This document shows, in pieces, positions 47,135-57,223 of a DNA stretch of 64,000 nt; within the stretch, counting starts at the first letter, position 1, and the number at the start of each line of letters is the position of its first letter. The stretch lies in the IMG/VR virus record IMGVR_UViG_3300001373_000069; one strand, given 5' to 3'. The translations under genes were made by a program, and so were the position numbers. The notes under the pieces are model-generated. The model ran no database searches, was not told the DNA's origin, and saw only the letters and a list, made by a program, of their open reading frames with translations. The DNA is from a virus (taxonomy: Duplodnaviria; Heunggongvirae; Uroviricota; Caudoviricetes).

Positions 47135-47494
47135 TTATATCACTTCATCTTTATAATGCTCTAAAGCAAACTCGATTGAATCACCAGATGTTTTACCACT
47201 CTCAGCGGCTTCTTTGAACTTAGTCCAAAATTGTTTTAACGCTGGATAATTATTTTTATGTTGGTAATTCAGTTTAGGATATTTACTCCCTCTATTTACA
47301 CAACCAAGTAATTCTCCTTCAAAATACAAATTAGGACATTCTTTACACCACACAGAATTGCTATTTGTATTACCACTAGCTATACAAAGAGGGCATGCAA
47401 ATATACCAAAATCTTCTATTATCTTATCGGATGTATCAGAATACTTCTCTATTAAGTCATCAACGGCTTTTAATGTCTTCTTCGTTACTTTCAT
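47135..47494 (-). CDS. Cys-rich hypothetical protein (119 aa)
   Basis: ORF track. Confidence 0.45.
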   Translation of the reverse strand: MKVTKKTLKAVDDLIEKYSDTSDKIIEDFGIFACPLCIASGNTNSNSVWCKECPNLYFEGELLGCVNRGSKYPKLNYQHKNNYPALKQFWTKFKEAAESGKTSGDSIEFALEHYKDEVI

Positions 47495-47497
47495 ACT

Positions 47498-48328
47498 TTA
47501 GTTATTAATCATGTTAACTACTTCAGGATCAGATGCTTCATCACCCCATGCTGATATGATTAAATAGAATACTTTACGTTGAAATATTACAGGCATCATT
47601 ACAATTGGATCAAGCGGAGCTGGTCTCTCAGTAATCTCATTACCTTCTACCTGTGCACTAGCTCTAAAGTCTTTTCTTGGAGCAGCAATGATAAATCCCA
47701 GAGTACCCCAACCATAGTACGATAAAAATCTATTATCAGAGTCTCTGTAATCACCACTCTCTTTTTTACTCATAAAAACTTTAGCACTAGAAAACTCGCT
47801 ACGGGCTGAGTATACTCTATCGTTTTCATCAATCTTAGCATTCTCAATCTCAGCTAGATTCTTATCCGGTACTTCACCTTCATATAGGTAAATCTCACCA
47901 TGCTTCAACCCATACTTATCACAGATTCTATTAATAGAATCCATAGTAATGAATCGATACAATGGATACTTATTAGTAAAGTATTCAATAGCATCAACTA
48001 GTAGTTGTTTAGCTTTATTCTCGGCTTCCAAACCATCAAGTCTCTTCTGTTCCTTATTTGAATCAGCTACTGTTTTAGCATTAGTAAACCCTAGCGCTTC
48101 TAGTCTTTTACCTTTCTCATAGGTAGTAGGGTTTTTAATTTCTACTTCTCTGAATATGCGTGCGTTTTCTAGTAACCTATCAACCTCAGAAAAGAAAGTC
48201 TCATGAATCTCAGCCACTGTGGGTATAGACTCTTTCTCGGGTAATTCCATCACATCTATAGCTACATCCACATCGAGATCAGCACCCTTAGTGAATATCA
48301 CCGGTTTCTTTCTAGACCATATTCCCAT
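47498..48328 (-). CDS. hypothetical protein (276 aa)
   Basis: ORF track. Confidence 0.5.
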   Translation of the reverse strand: MGIWSRKKPVIFTKGADLDVDVAIDVMELPEKESIPTVAEIHETFFSEVDRLLENARIFREVEIKNPTTYEKGKRLEALGFTNAKTVADSNKEQKRLDGLEAENKAKQLLVDAIEYFTNKYPLYRFITMDSINRICDKYGLKHGEIYLYEGEVPDKNLAEIENAKIDENDRVYSARSEFSSAKVFMSKKESGDYRDSDNRFLSYYGWGTLGFIIAAPRKDFRASAQVEGNEITERPAPLDPIVMMPVIFQRKVFYLIISAWGDEASDPEVVNMINN

Positions 48329-48430
48329 AGTTTATTTATTTTAAAGATTCAGGTTCACTTATCACAACAGATCCACAATTAGGACATCTAATGCCCTCAT
48401 AGATAGTACCACAAGTAATACATCTTTTCT

Positions 48431-48667
48431 TCATTTGATACTGTCTGCTTTCATTACTGTAAGATGAGACTTAATCATAGCAATGGCAAGCTTGTTTTCT
48501 TCCTTGGAATGAATCACTGTATCAATACAAAGTGATGTTGAAGTACCCAAGCCCACCATTACAAAATCGTTTGGGTCCAAGCCTACCATCTTAATAGTAG
48601 ACTCGATAATTTCTTTATGGGTTCTTACCTCACCTATACCAGAAATTAGTATTAAATATTGTTTCAT
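48431..48667 (-). CDS. hypothetical protein (78 aa)
   Basis: ORF track. Confidence 0.4.
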   Translation of the reverse strand: MKQYLILISGIGEVRTHKEIIESTIKMVGLDPNDFVMVGLGTSTSLCIDTVIHSKEENKLAIAMIKSHLTVMKADSIK

Positions 48668-48669
48668 TC

Positions 48670-48942
48670 TTAACGTGTTAGATTGTTAATACAGTTCTTT
48701 GTTTTCTTACCACATCCACAAGGACATGGAGTATTCCTCTGCACCTTAGTACTCACTCTAGGTAAACATTTAGGGTGCATACCTACCATTACTGGGTGAT
48801 TATACAGTCTGTATGGTATAGGTTCATTGAAATCAATTATTCTTGGAGTCATATAATATGGTTTAAATAAATTACATACCCTAATAGTTATTCTCTTGTG
48901 TCTATGACTTACCATGGATATATTGCTACGTAAGCATATCAT
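48670..48942 (-). CDS. hypothetical protein with C-terminal SEC-C-like zinc motif (90 aa)
   Basis: 'CPCGCGKKTKNC' at C-terminus. Confidence 0.45.
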   Translation of the reverse strand: MICLRSNISMVSHRHKRITIRVCNLFKPYYMTPRIIDFNEPIPYRLYNHPVMVGMHPKCLPRVSTKVQRNTPCPCGCGKKTKNCINNLTR

Positions 48943-50238
48943 AGGCGCACTTCAACAAGTAACTATTAGGTCGACACGAAAAAAGCAAATCCCAAAAGGA
49001 CCAACTAACCAACGCAACTCACTCATCATACCAATACTAACCTTAAGGTGATTGATACAGACAGCAAGTAAATGTTTTACACCCTCACCCATAACCATAC
49101 TTAGTGCTCTGAGCATCCCTAAGGACTCTAAACTAAGTGATCCATACTCACAATGGTATGATTAATTATGGTATTACTCCCGGTTCTTTAACCCTAAGGC
49201 CCGATTTGTAATAATCATTTACATGAGTTCAGGTGATCTGTGCTGGTACTAGGAGACGACTCCCCATACAGACAGCAATCAAATATCGTAGACTCTCGTA
49301 GCGAGAGAATAATGTGTGTAGTCATTGGCACTCACTAGTACGTCGACCCAACAGCATCAGAGAATCACTCCTCTAACACCGTGTGGATCAACTACTAACA
49401 CATCGCATCGGATGCATTAATACTATAACATTTAAAAGTATGAGCCCAAATAAAAAAGCCAACCACCCAATTGCGCGAGGGTAGCTGGCTCAAAAACAAT
49501 TAATCAATTAACCAAAAATCACACTATGAAGACTCCAACTCTTGACAAAGCTGTACCGTTTGATTCACTCCGGACCGGTTGTCCGTGTCATGGTTAGTTT
49601 TATATTATCCTTACCAATGATGTCGTCACACACCATTACTCCTGCTCAAGAGTATTCAAAGAATAATACGCCGTGGTATACGCTACCGATCTAATCCCAC
49701 TAACTCTATTAATAGAGAAGGAGATATGTCGTGTGCTTGTATTTCGGTCATGTCAATGGTATTCCTGCCCATTAAGCATATGTTACAACGTTGGAATGTC
49801 TTATTAGGACTCGTTGTTGGTTATGGCATGTCGTAGTCTACCATACTACCACACGTTTACCTGATTTTATAGTCTGCACTAACTTGTTCTTATCCAAGCG
49901 ATTAGGATTCCATAATGATAGTATTGATCGCATTTACTAACTATCATAAGAACACAGTAGCCCCACAGGTTTGTCACGGTTTATGATCCGTAAAGTTGAG
50001 GTTCCGCCACCTCCGTCCTACCATTAAGTTATATCTAACGGTAGCAAACTTATCTCGACGTTTTATTTGTGTATCCGAGAATGCTTGAACTGGGTCATCT
50101 AGTTAGGATACCCGTTGTTCAGTAATCTTTATATGATAGCAATAGCCTCATTACAATGATTAGTAATTAATAAAATTAGAACTCAAGAAAGGGGACTACA
50201 CGAATGCAATCCCCTATCAAAGTCTTTGTGCCCGGATC

Positions 50239-50883
50239 TTATTGATTCCAAGCAATGGCGAACACCGGAGTGCTGCTGAAATACTTACGATCAGCTTCAA
50301 CTGCCCATGATTTGGTAGCGAAGTCAGGTTTCACACCAGAAGCATGTAACCTAGTACGAGCTGCATTCCAATCCACGTTACTCTCGCGAGTTTCAGCAAG
50401 ATAGTCATCAAACTTCTTGTAGCAAGAAGGAAGAAGAGCTGGTCTGGCTTGGTCGTTGGCATCTGATTGAGCTAATTTGGCAACACATTTGAATTTCACA
50501 GCGGTGATGTCCAACTCTTTGCCTTCATCAAGACCTTCAAGGGCCTGTTTGAAGAACATCAAATCTGGGTTTGTACGAGCTGCAGCAAGGGTCATTTCAG
50601 CACCAAGTACTGAAGCATCTTTACCTTCTGATAATACGCGCATGGTTGGAATACCCTGCCCAGATACCTGGAATTTACGACGAGACGCTCCTTCGAATTG
50701 ATACGATGGATTCTCTGGGCTAACATTTGCCCGTGGGTTTGATGACTCAGTTTTGAAATCAACAATGCTGATCTCATCACCAATTTCTACACTACCCAAT
50801 GCCTGCATTCCAGCAGATGATTTTGCTAATGATTCTTTTAAAGCTACTAGCAATATAGCTTTTTGTTCTTTGTTCAAACTCAT
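50239..50883 (-). CDS. hypothetical protein (214 aa), GC-enriched (~48%) relative to the genome
   Basis: ORF track; strong compositional contrast with flanks. Confidence 0.5.
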   Translation of the reverse strand: MSLNKEQKAILLVALKESLAKSSAGMQALGSVEIGDEISIVDFKTESSNPRANVSPENPSYQFEGASRRKFQVSGQGIPTMRVLSEGKDASVLGAEMTLAAARTNPDLMFFKQALEGLDEGKELDITAVKFKCVAKLAQSDANDQARPALLPSCYKKFDDYLAETRESNVDWNAARTRLHASGVKPDFATKSWAVEADRKYFSSTPVFAIAWNQ

Positions 50884-51093
50884 GACGAATTTATTTAAGT
50901 GTTAATAATTAGAACGCGACGTGCACCATAAGTTTTACATACTAGCGGTTACTAGCAAAACCCATACGTTGGAGACTGGGTAAGAAGAAGCAGGAGTCTG
51001 GATAGATGTCGTGTTTATGGATGTCGTTATTGGATGTCGTGGGGTTAAAAAAGAATAGCCCTCCTAAGAGAGCCATCCTTATATTATTTAATC

Positions 51094-51423
51094 CTATTGG
51101 TTTAGTTGTTTAAGATAATCAGTGTGATGGAGTCTAGTGAATGGTTTGCTAGTATCCACAGCTAGATTATGTATTACATGACCTTCCGCCGACTTCTCCC
51201 AGTAATACCTCTTCATCTTCGTACTTAATAAAGCCGTTCCGTATACCCTGAACCACTGAATAGTTTCTGTATCATCTGATTCGAGAGTTGCTGTTCTAGC
51301 TAGCACATCATACGTGATTAAGAGGCCACGCTTTCCAATAACAAATCCTAAGGAAATCATGATCATTACGATTACCTGTGCAGCTCCGTCAGCTGTTCTT
51401 GATTGTACTGTGATAATTTTCAT
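51094..51423 (-). CDS. hypothetical protein (109 aa)
   Basis: ORF track. Confidence 0.4.
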   Translation of the reverse strand: MKIITVQSRTADGAAQVIVMIMISLGFVIGKRGLLITYDVLARTATLESDDTETIQWFRVYGTALLSTKMKRYYWEKSAEGHVIHNLAVDTSKPFTRLHHTDYLKQLNQ

Positions 51424-51586
51424 TGTGTTTAATTTACTTGATTAATAACTAATAACTAAGAAAAGATTTTAACTTTTCCCAAGTGATTTAAGAACTATAT
51501 AAACAGATCGGGCGATAGCTTTGGAATGCCATACTTAACCAGGTGCACTTATCCTGGCCCTCACTGTTCATTAGATCATTAAATCA

Positions 51587-52261
51587 CTAGTCGAGTTCTA
51601 CAACCTCAGCGACGCGCAGTTTGATAGTACCGAGACGGTAAATATCCTCTGCTTGCTTGTTAAGCTTTCCATCGGTGCATAGATCATCGCGGAATAAAGT
51701 AGAGTAGTTAGCTCGTACTAAATTCGTCGCTTCAATCTTCAGGTCGCTGTACTCCCGAGAGAGCCAAGCTTCCAGCATCTCACCTCTTAAGAGCTTACGC
51801 ACCTTAAGTTCGGAAATGGCCTGCTTCGAATAGAATGCATTACCAAGTTGGTCGACTGATGGTTCAAATCCCTCAACTGTGAAGCGTGTTGCAAACTTGC
51901 CCTTACGACGAAGTTCAATCAACGACACATTCAACGGACAATCAACGCCATTCTCAGCACTAACAACAGTTGCATTCTTGAGGAATGAGCCCAAAAACCA
52001 AGTGTTGCTTCTATGCTTGCCCTGATACTTAACCTGTGGTATTTCCTTTGCAGGATCTACTTTAGATTTGAGTACTGGAACATCAACGAGTTCGAAGGAC
52101 TTGCCTACTAATGCGTTGCAGAATAACTCTGAAGCCTCGATTGAGGAAAGGAAATCGACTGTTACCACTGCTTTAAGCAAGTTGATAACTGAATCTTTTG
52201 TGCTCATAGTATGAGTTTTAAAGATTGGAAAAAGAAGCGAAAACCACGTACAGTCGCGCAC
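51587..52261 (-). CDS. hypothetical protein (224 aa), GC-enriched
   Basis: ORF track. Confidence 0.5.
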   Translation of the reverse strand: MRDCTWFSLLFPIFKTHTMSTKDSVINLLKAVVTVDFLSSIEASELFCNALVGKSFELVDVPVLKSKVDPAKEIPQVKYQGKHRSNTWFLGSFLKNATVVSAENGVDCPLNVSLIELRRKGKFATRFTVEGFEPSVDQLGNAFYSKQAISELKVRKLLRGEMLEAWLSREYSDLKIEATNLVRANYSTLFRDDLCTDGKLNKQAEDIYRLGTIKLRVAEVVELD

Positions 52262-52357
52262 TGCCGATCGCTCGCTAATGGTTGGGCTGGTGTCTAGTTA
52301 GATGTCGTATTCGTTAAAAAATAATCCCCTATTACTAGAGGATTACTTCACGAGAGA

Positions 52358-52609
52358 TTAGGAAGGCATGCGGTGGTTCCACCATTTAGATACGAAGTAA
52401 GCGCCGGTAACAAAGCGTTTCTTACTTATTGTCTTTGGGCCTGTTATTGTACATACAGTGGCTTCTTCTTTGTAACACACACCATCATCGTTAACAAACA
52501 CAATGGTAATAGTCCACAACATACCATGATGAGGCGCATTGAATACCTCATTCACTATCCTCATCACTGGGTTGTTCATGTACGTCATGTTAATTTGGTA
52601 TTGTTTCAT
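52358..52609 (-). CDS. hypothetical protein (83 aa)
   Basis: ORF track. Confidence 0.35.
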   Translation of the reverse strand: MKQYQINMTYMNNPVMRIVNEVFNAPHHGMLWTITIVFVNDDGVCYKEEATVCTITGPKTISKKRFVTGAYFVSKWWNHRMPS

Positions 52610-52827
52610 GATTCTAATTTGTTAGAGTGTTTAATAATTTCAATATACTGTTTACTACCGTTATTATGTTTTAATCGAAGGATATTCCTGCCTTTATTAT
52701 TGAATGGTAAAACATCAGCAACATCCTCTGTCTTAATAATATTTACTAGAAAATTATATGCCTCATCAGCATCAAACCGACCTTCTACTGGAGAGCTGGG
52801 TAACTTTATAATTGTGTAATATGTCAT
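52606..52827 (-). CDS. hypothetical protein (73 aa)
   Basis: ORF track. Confidence 0.35.
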   Translation of the reverse strand: MTYYTIIKLPSSPVEGRFDADEAYNFLVNIIKTEDVADVLPFNNKGRNILRLKHNNGSKQYIEIIKHSNKLES

Positions 52828-52999
52828 TTGAGTATACGATTGACCTATACATCGCGAGGTTGTTAAGATTAATAATTAAGAACGAATTCAATGTGACTCA
52901 TCTGTGCTGCATATTCAACTCTGATATCATTGCTAAACATCATATCAACAAAATAGTTAATAATCAGTATGTATTGTGCGTCGTTTATCTTCTTCATGG

Positions 53000-53221
53000 C
53001 TAGTTATTAGGATATTTGATTGATCTAACAACTTTGATAATAAACACAATAGCCGCTACATAGAAGATAAAGATACCAAGGCTTAAGGTGCCTAGGAATT
53101 CAATGTCCTTAGGGTTGACACTGATAGCATATTTCCTTATACACATGAAGAGTGCTATAAATAATAAACTCACAACGATGATCAGTAGGTCTCTGCCTTG
53201 ATCTGCATTAAATCTTTTCAT
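53000..53221 (-). CDS. small membrane protein (73 aa)
   Basis: Two TM helices. Confidence 0.4.
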   Translation of the reverse strand: MKRFNADQGRDLLIIVVSLLFIALFMCIRKYAISVNPKDIEFLGTLSLGIFIFYVAAIVFIIKVVRSIKYPNN

Positions 53222-53677
53222 AGTATGTAAAATTAAACCTACGAAGTTTATTCCTCGTCAGGTAAGTTAATGCTGGTGTAGTGGAAATATCGCTTTTGTT
53301 TGATGGGGTACCCCGGTGACCAAACTAGAATTTCATTTCCCCTGGGAAACCTGACGGGGCTCAAAGTATATGACCTATACACTATCATGTACACAAAGTA
53401 ATTTTATATAGAATACAATAGTACCATACTAAGCTAGGTGTACCCGGATAGTAGAATGAATATCCATACCCAACTACAAATAGACCGGGGGTAGTTTATA
53501 TGAGGTACCTATATTTACAGATACTACAACATGCATACCACGAGTATTTTAACTATAATAAGAATATACAAAACTTCTAGAACGTAGGAGTAGTAAGGGA
53601 ACTGAAACTTTTGGTCGATTACACATGTTATATGTTAAGCGAGTTCGACCATTTTTTAAAGTTTATAGTAAAGACGC
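53222..53677. promoter_or_regulatory. Divergent intergenic region between the minus-strand block and the plus-strand block; likely carries promoters for both
   Basis: 456-nt ORF-free AT-rich spacer with the flanking genes diverging from it; no specific promoter motif could be verified. Confidence 0.3.
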
Positions 53678-54478
53678 ATGATTGAGATAGTTGTTAGAGA
53701 GAAGAAGACTAAGATAGTACCACAGATTGTTGACCCAGTTAGTGTACTGGATATGCTTGGATCTATTAAATGGTCTAATGCCAATGACTGCCCTAATGGG
53801 TATGATTGGAATGAAGAGGGTTGGGTTATTACTGATGAATACCATATGAGAATAACATTTAATATGTTACCATTCATGCTTCCTTTATTAGGAGAGTATC
53901 AATTAATATTCCAGAATGCACTAGCCTTAAGGTGTTTGAATGCTAAACAGGTAGATGTAATTGCTATATTGATAAAGTTTAGGTTTAGAAATTCATATGC
54001 ATATAATGTTAGTGATGATATTCTACATAAGGCGGTGGAAGATGCCTATGCGTTAGAAGATATCACTTCAATACTACCTACATTAAGTGATAAGATATTT
54101 GCTTATAGAGATGTGTGGATTAGTAAGGATTGTACTAATGATGTTAGAAGAAAAGCCGGTAGAATCATTAGAGGTAGATACCTGGATGAGATGAGATCAT
54201 TCATGACTATCGATACTAAGTATAAGACTAAGGAAGTAGCTGAGTTTACTGAAGAGTCTATATATGCTGTTAAGAGTTACTGGGAGGATACCGGGTTGAC
54301 TAAGAAGTTAAGAACGGTGCATTCAATATTAGAGGCTATAGAATTGTTGGTACAGGAAGGTGTTGTTATTACCCAGGCTGCGATAGCAGAAGTTGCTGGA
54401 ATTTCTATACCCACGGCTAGTAAGATAATTGATAGGACCTATATAAAGAAACTAAATATATCTGTGAATGAGGGGTAA
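53678..54478 (+). CDS. hypothetical protein with C-terminal HTH-like segment (266 aa)
   Basis: 'ITQAAIAEVAGISIPTASKIIDR' helix-turn-helix-like. Confidence 0.5.
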   Translation: MIEIVVREKKTKIVPQIVDPVSVLDMLGSIKWSNANDCPNGYDWNEEGWVITDEYHMRITFNMLPFMLPLLGEYQLIFQNALALRCLNAKQVDVIAILIKFRFRNSYAYNVSDDILHKAVEDAYALEDITSILPTLSDKIFAYRDVWISKDCTNDVRRKAGRIIRGRYLDEMRSFMTIDTKYKTKEVAEFTEESIYAVKSYWEDTGLTKKLRTVHSILEAIELLVQEGVVITQAAIAEVAGISIPTASKIIDRTYIKKLNISVNEG

Positions 54479-54971
54479 ATACTATGTGTATGCTCTGTTC
54501 GAAGAGACTAAGGATAATATCAAGTACATAGGGTATACTGCTAAGACTCCTATCATTAGGTTTGGTCAGCATATATCTGATTGTGCTAGGAGTAAGACTG
54601 CTAAAGAGAAGTGGTTATATGGATTGGTTAATGCTGGGAAGCATGTGGGTGTGATTACACTAGGAGTTTATGCTAGTATGGATGCAGCACTTGCGGCGGA
54701 GGAGGCCTTTATCGATAAATATGGGCAAGTACATATGCTTACTAATTCTACTAAGGGTGGAGAAGCTGGAGTACATGGAAGGAGTAAGAATAGTAGAAGT
54801 ACTCATGCTAAGACAGTTAGAGAGGCTATTGGAGTTTTGTTTAAGATGGGAATTACGATTCCTACTGATGAACAGATAGCAATGGTTTCTGGTATAAGTA
54901 GTTCTATCGTTAATAAGTATAATAAGAAGTATGAGAGAAAAGCTAGAAGTAAACGGAAGATTACTGGATAA
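54468..54971 (+). CDS. GIY-YIG homing endonuclease (free-standing)
   Basis: 'KYYVYALFEETKDNIKYIGYTAKTPIIRFGQH'. Confidence 0.8.
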   Translation: MRGKYYVYALFEETKDNIKYIGYTAKTPIIRFGQHISDCARSKTAKEKWLYGLVNAGKHVGVITLGVYASMDAALAAEEAFIDKYGQVHMLTNSTKGGEAGVHGRSKNSRSTHAKTVREAIGVLFKMGITIPTDEQIAMVSGISSSIVNKYNKKYERKARSKRKITG

Positions 54972-55803
54972 CATTTCTATGGATAAGAAGGTAGGGTTTA
55001 TCGAAGATACCCATACCTATATTATGTTGGATGATGAGAATTTTGAGTTCAATAGTGTGACTACTTTAATAAAGGAGTTCGAGTATGAGGAATTTATACA
55101 GGAGGATGTTGCTAGGAGAGTTACTAAAGATAAGAAGTCACAGTACTACGGACGTGATTATAAAGAAGTAATGGAGGAATGGGTTGAGGCCAGTAGGATG
55201 GGTACTAGACTTCATGAATATGGAGAGAAGTTACTTAATGGTGAGACCGTTGATGAGAAGGATATACCTAATAGTCCTAAGGCTAAGTGGGTTCCTACAT
55301 TGATTCAAGAAATTAAGAACAAAGGATACGAATTAGCTAGGACTGAGTTACTTGTGTATTCAGAAGAACTTAGATTAGCTGGTCAGAGTGATATAATATT
55401 GAAGAGGAAGAGACCGGGTACTGATGAGTATGATTATATGATATACGATTTTAAGTTCCTAAAGGATCCTCTTAAGAAAAAAAGTTACTATAATCCGATA
55501 AGTCGTAGATATAAAAATATGTCCGGACCATTCAGGTATTTGCAGGATTGTAATTGGATGCATTATTCAATACAGTTAGCTATATACCAGACACTTACAG
55601 GGGACCCTTCTAGGATAATAGAGAAGGTACTTGTGGTTGTTAATGAGAGTGGGTATGAGTTTCATCCTTGTTATCCTATGAGAGTTTTCTGGGATGAGAA
55701 CTTGGAATTGCAGGCAGTGTATGAAACTTGGGATGGAATGTACTATGATAGTAGAATGGATTGTAAGTATAAACAGAAGCCTACTGATATAGTGGGGTAT
55801 TAA
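54931..55803 (+). CDS. PD-(D/E)xK family exonuclease (YqaJ/lambda-exo-like)
   Basis: 'GQSDIILKRKR..DYMIYDFKF' D..(D/E)xK arrangement. Confidence 0.55.
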   Translation: MREKLEVNGRLLDNISMDKKVGFIEDTHTYIMLDDENFEFNSVTTLIKEFEYEEFIQEDVARRVTKDKKSQYYGRDYKEVMEEWVEASRMGTRLHEYGEKLLNGETVDEKDIPNSPKAKWVPTLIQEIKNKGYELARTELLVYSEELRLAGQSDIILKRKRPGTDEYDYMIYDFKFLKDPLKKKSYYNPISRRYKNMSGPFRYLQDCNWMHYSIQLAIYQTLTGDPSRIIEKVLVVVNESGYEFHPCYPMRVFWDENLELQAVYETWDGMYYDSRMDCKYKQKPTDIVGY

Positions 55804-55843
55804 AAATCAACATAATAATGTTTAAATATAAACTCTAATAATT

Positions 55844-57223
55844 ATGGATAACAACCAATTAGGTATACGCCCACTGGGTGATATAAAGTATAAAAGAGAA
55901 TCTTGGGATTTACCTGGTAGGGCATCTGATGCTGTAGATACTGGAGCCGAATACCTATATAATAACTACATACCAAAGACTGCTCGCGATTTCATCAGTG
56001 CTATTACTGGTAGGGTTGGTCAATATGCTAAGGCAGTTGATAAATTTGCAGATAACCCATTCAATGTACTAACTCCAGAAGAAGAAGCTAGGCACTCTGC
56101 TATAAGACACCAACCGCTTATCACTGGTATTGCTCCTATACCAGGAAGATATGTTGGTGGAGTAAAATATGGTAAGTATGCTACTCAGTATGCAGCTAGA
56201 GAAGGTAAACAATTTGCTGCTAAAGAGGGACAACAGTTTATTAAATCTCAAGCACAAAATATAGTACGGAATCCGGGTAAACCTGGAACCGGTACACCGC
56301 ATGCACCATTCTCATTTACAACTCAAGCAACAGCACAGCCTAGTGCAGCGCATGCATTTACTGAACTAAGTAAAGCTGAGGCTGGATCATTTATGGGCGG
56401 TCTTAAACCGGGCTCTGTTGAACCAGTTATACCATGGACTACTAAGGTACACGTTGCAGGTATTGATGCTAAAAATGCTATCAAGGGAATCCCTAGTAAA
56501 ATAGCAAGTGGAACCAAGAGCGCAGTATCTTCAGGTGTTAAAGCAATTACTCCAAGAGGATCTACCGCTAAGAAGATAGGTTATGGAGTTGCGGGGATTG
56601 GGGTTGCCGGAACGCTTGCCGACTTTATTGGATCTCATTCAGAGAAACCAAAGAGGTCAGAGTATGTTACAAGGGTAGCAAACCCAGGCAAGACTAATGG
56701 TCCCACTAAAGTCAGTGATACTAAAGTAGTTACACCAGGTGGAACCAAGAGTGGTGATATAACTCCACCTAAACAGAATCCACCAGTTACTCCTAAGGTA
56801 GATCAAAAAGCAAAAGCTAGTTCTCCTATAGTACCTAAATCGCTACAGCCAGCTGCTTCGACAAAAAGTGATACTGGTACTGCTAACCATACTACTGCTA
56901 TGAACAGTACAAGATCTGAGCAACCAGTCTCTAGAATACAACCACTGTCTGGTATAATACGTACACCAAGAGAAGATGTTCGTTTAGTTAGATCTTATCC
57001 AACAGATTTCGATACTCAAGCACTTCACCAAATACAACCTATACCTGCTAAACTAGCAGCACCAAGGGAAGAGATTCAGTTAGCTACATCTCATCCAAGA
57101 GTACTATCACAGCAAGTTACAGAGAATACTCCAAGAGCTTTTGATAATCAGCCTCTCTCTAGGTTACGACCTATACCTGCTAGAGCTATAGCATCAAAAA
57201 AAGATATTCAATTAGCTAAATAG
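55844..57223 (+). CDS. Low-complexity Pro/Thr/Ala-rich protein with C-terminal ~37-aa tandem repeats (possible virion/internal protein)
   Basis: Three repeats of Q[PI]..R..P..E[DE][VI][RQ]L[VA].S[YH]P in the last ~100 aa. Confidence 0.5.
   Translation: MDNNQLGIRPLGDIKYKRESWDLPGRASDAVDTGAEYLYNNYIPKTARDFISAITGRVGQYAKAVDKFADNPFNVLTPEEEARHSAIRHQPLITGIAPIPGRYVGGVKYGKYATQYAAREGKQFAAKEGQQFIKSQAQNIVRNPGKPGTGTPHAPFSFTTQATAQPSAAHAFTELSKAEAGSFMGGLKPGSVEPVIPWTTKVHVAGIDAKNAIKGIPSKIASGTKSAVSSGVKAITPRGSTAKKIGYGVAGIGVAGTLADFIGSHSEKPKRSEYVTRVANPGKTNGPTKVSDTKVVTPGGTKSGDITPPKQNPPVTPKVDQKAKASSPIVPKSLQPAASTKSDTGTANHTTAMNSTRSEQPVSRIQPLSGIIRTPREDVRLVRSYPTDFDTQALHQIQPIPAKLAAPREEIQLATSHPRVLSQQVTENTPRAFDNQPLSRLRPIPARAIASKKDIQLAK

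Noticed and set aside
49725-50010. Possible gene readable only if TAG is a sense codon (three in-frame TAGs, then TGA)
   Set aside because: Only ~95 codons with no recognisable protein features, and the observed stop pattern is within random expectation. It is kept only as a test under finding 48943..50238.
55844-57223. CRISPR-like or tandem DNA repeat
   Set aside because: The repeats are imperfect ~110-nt units inside a coding low-complexity protein, not spacer-separated direct repeats. No CRISPR array is present anywhere in the window.
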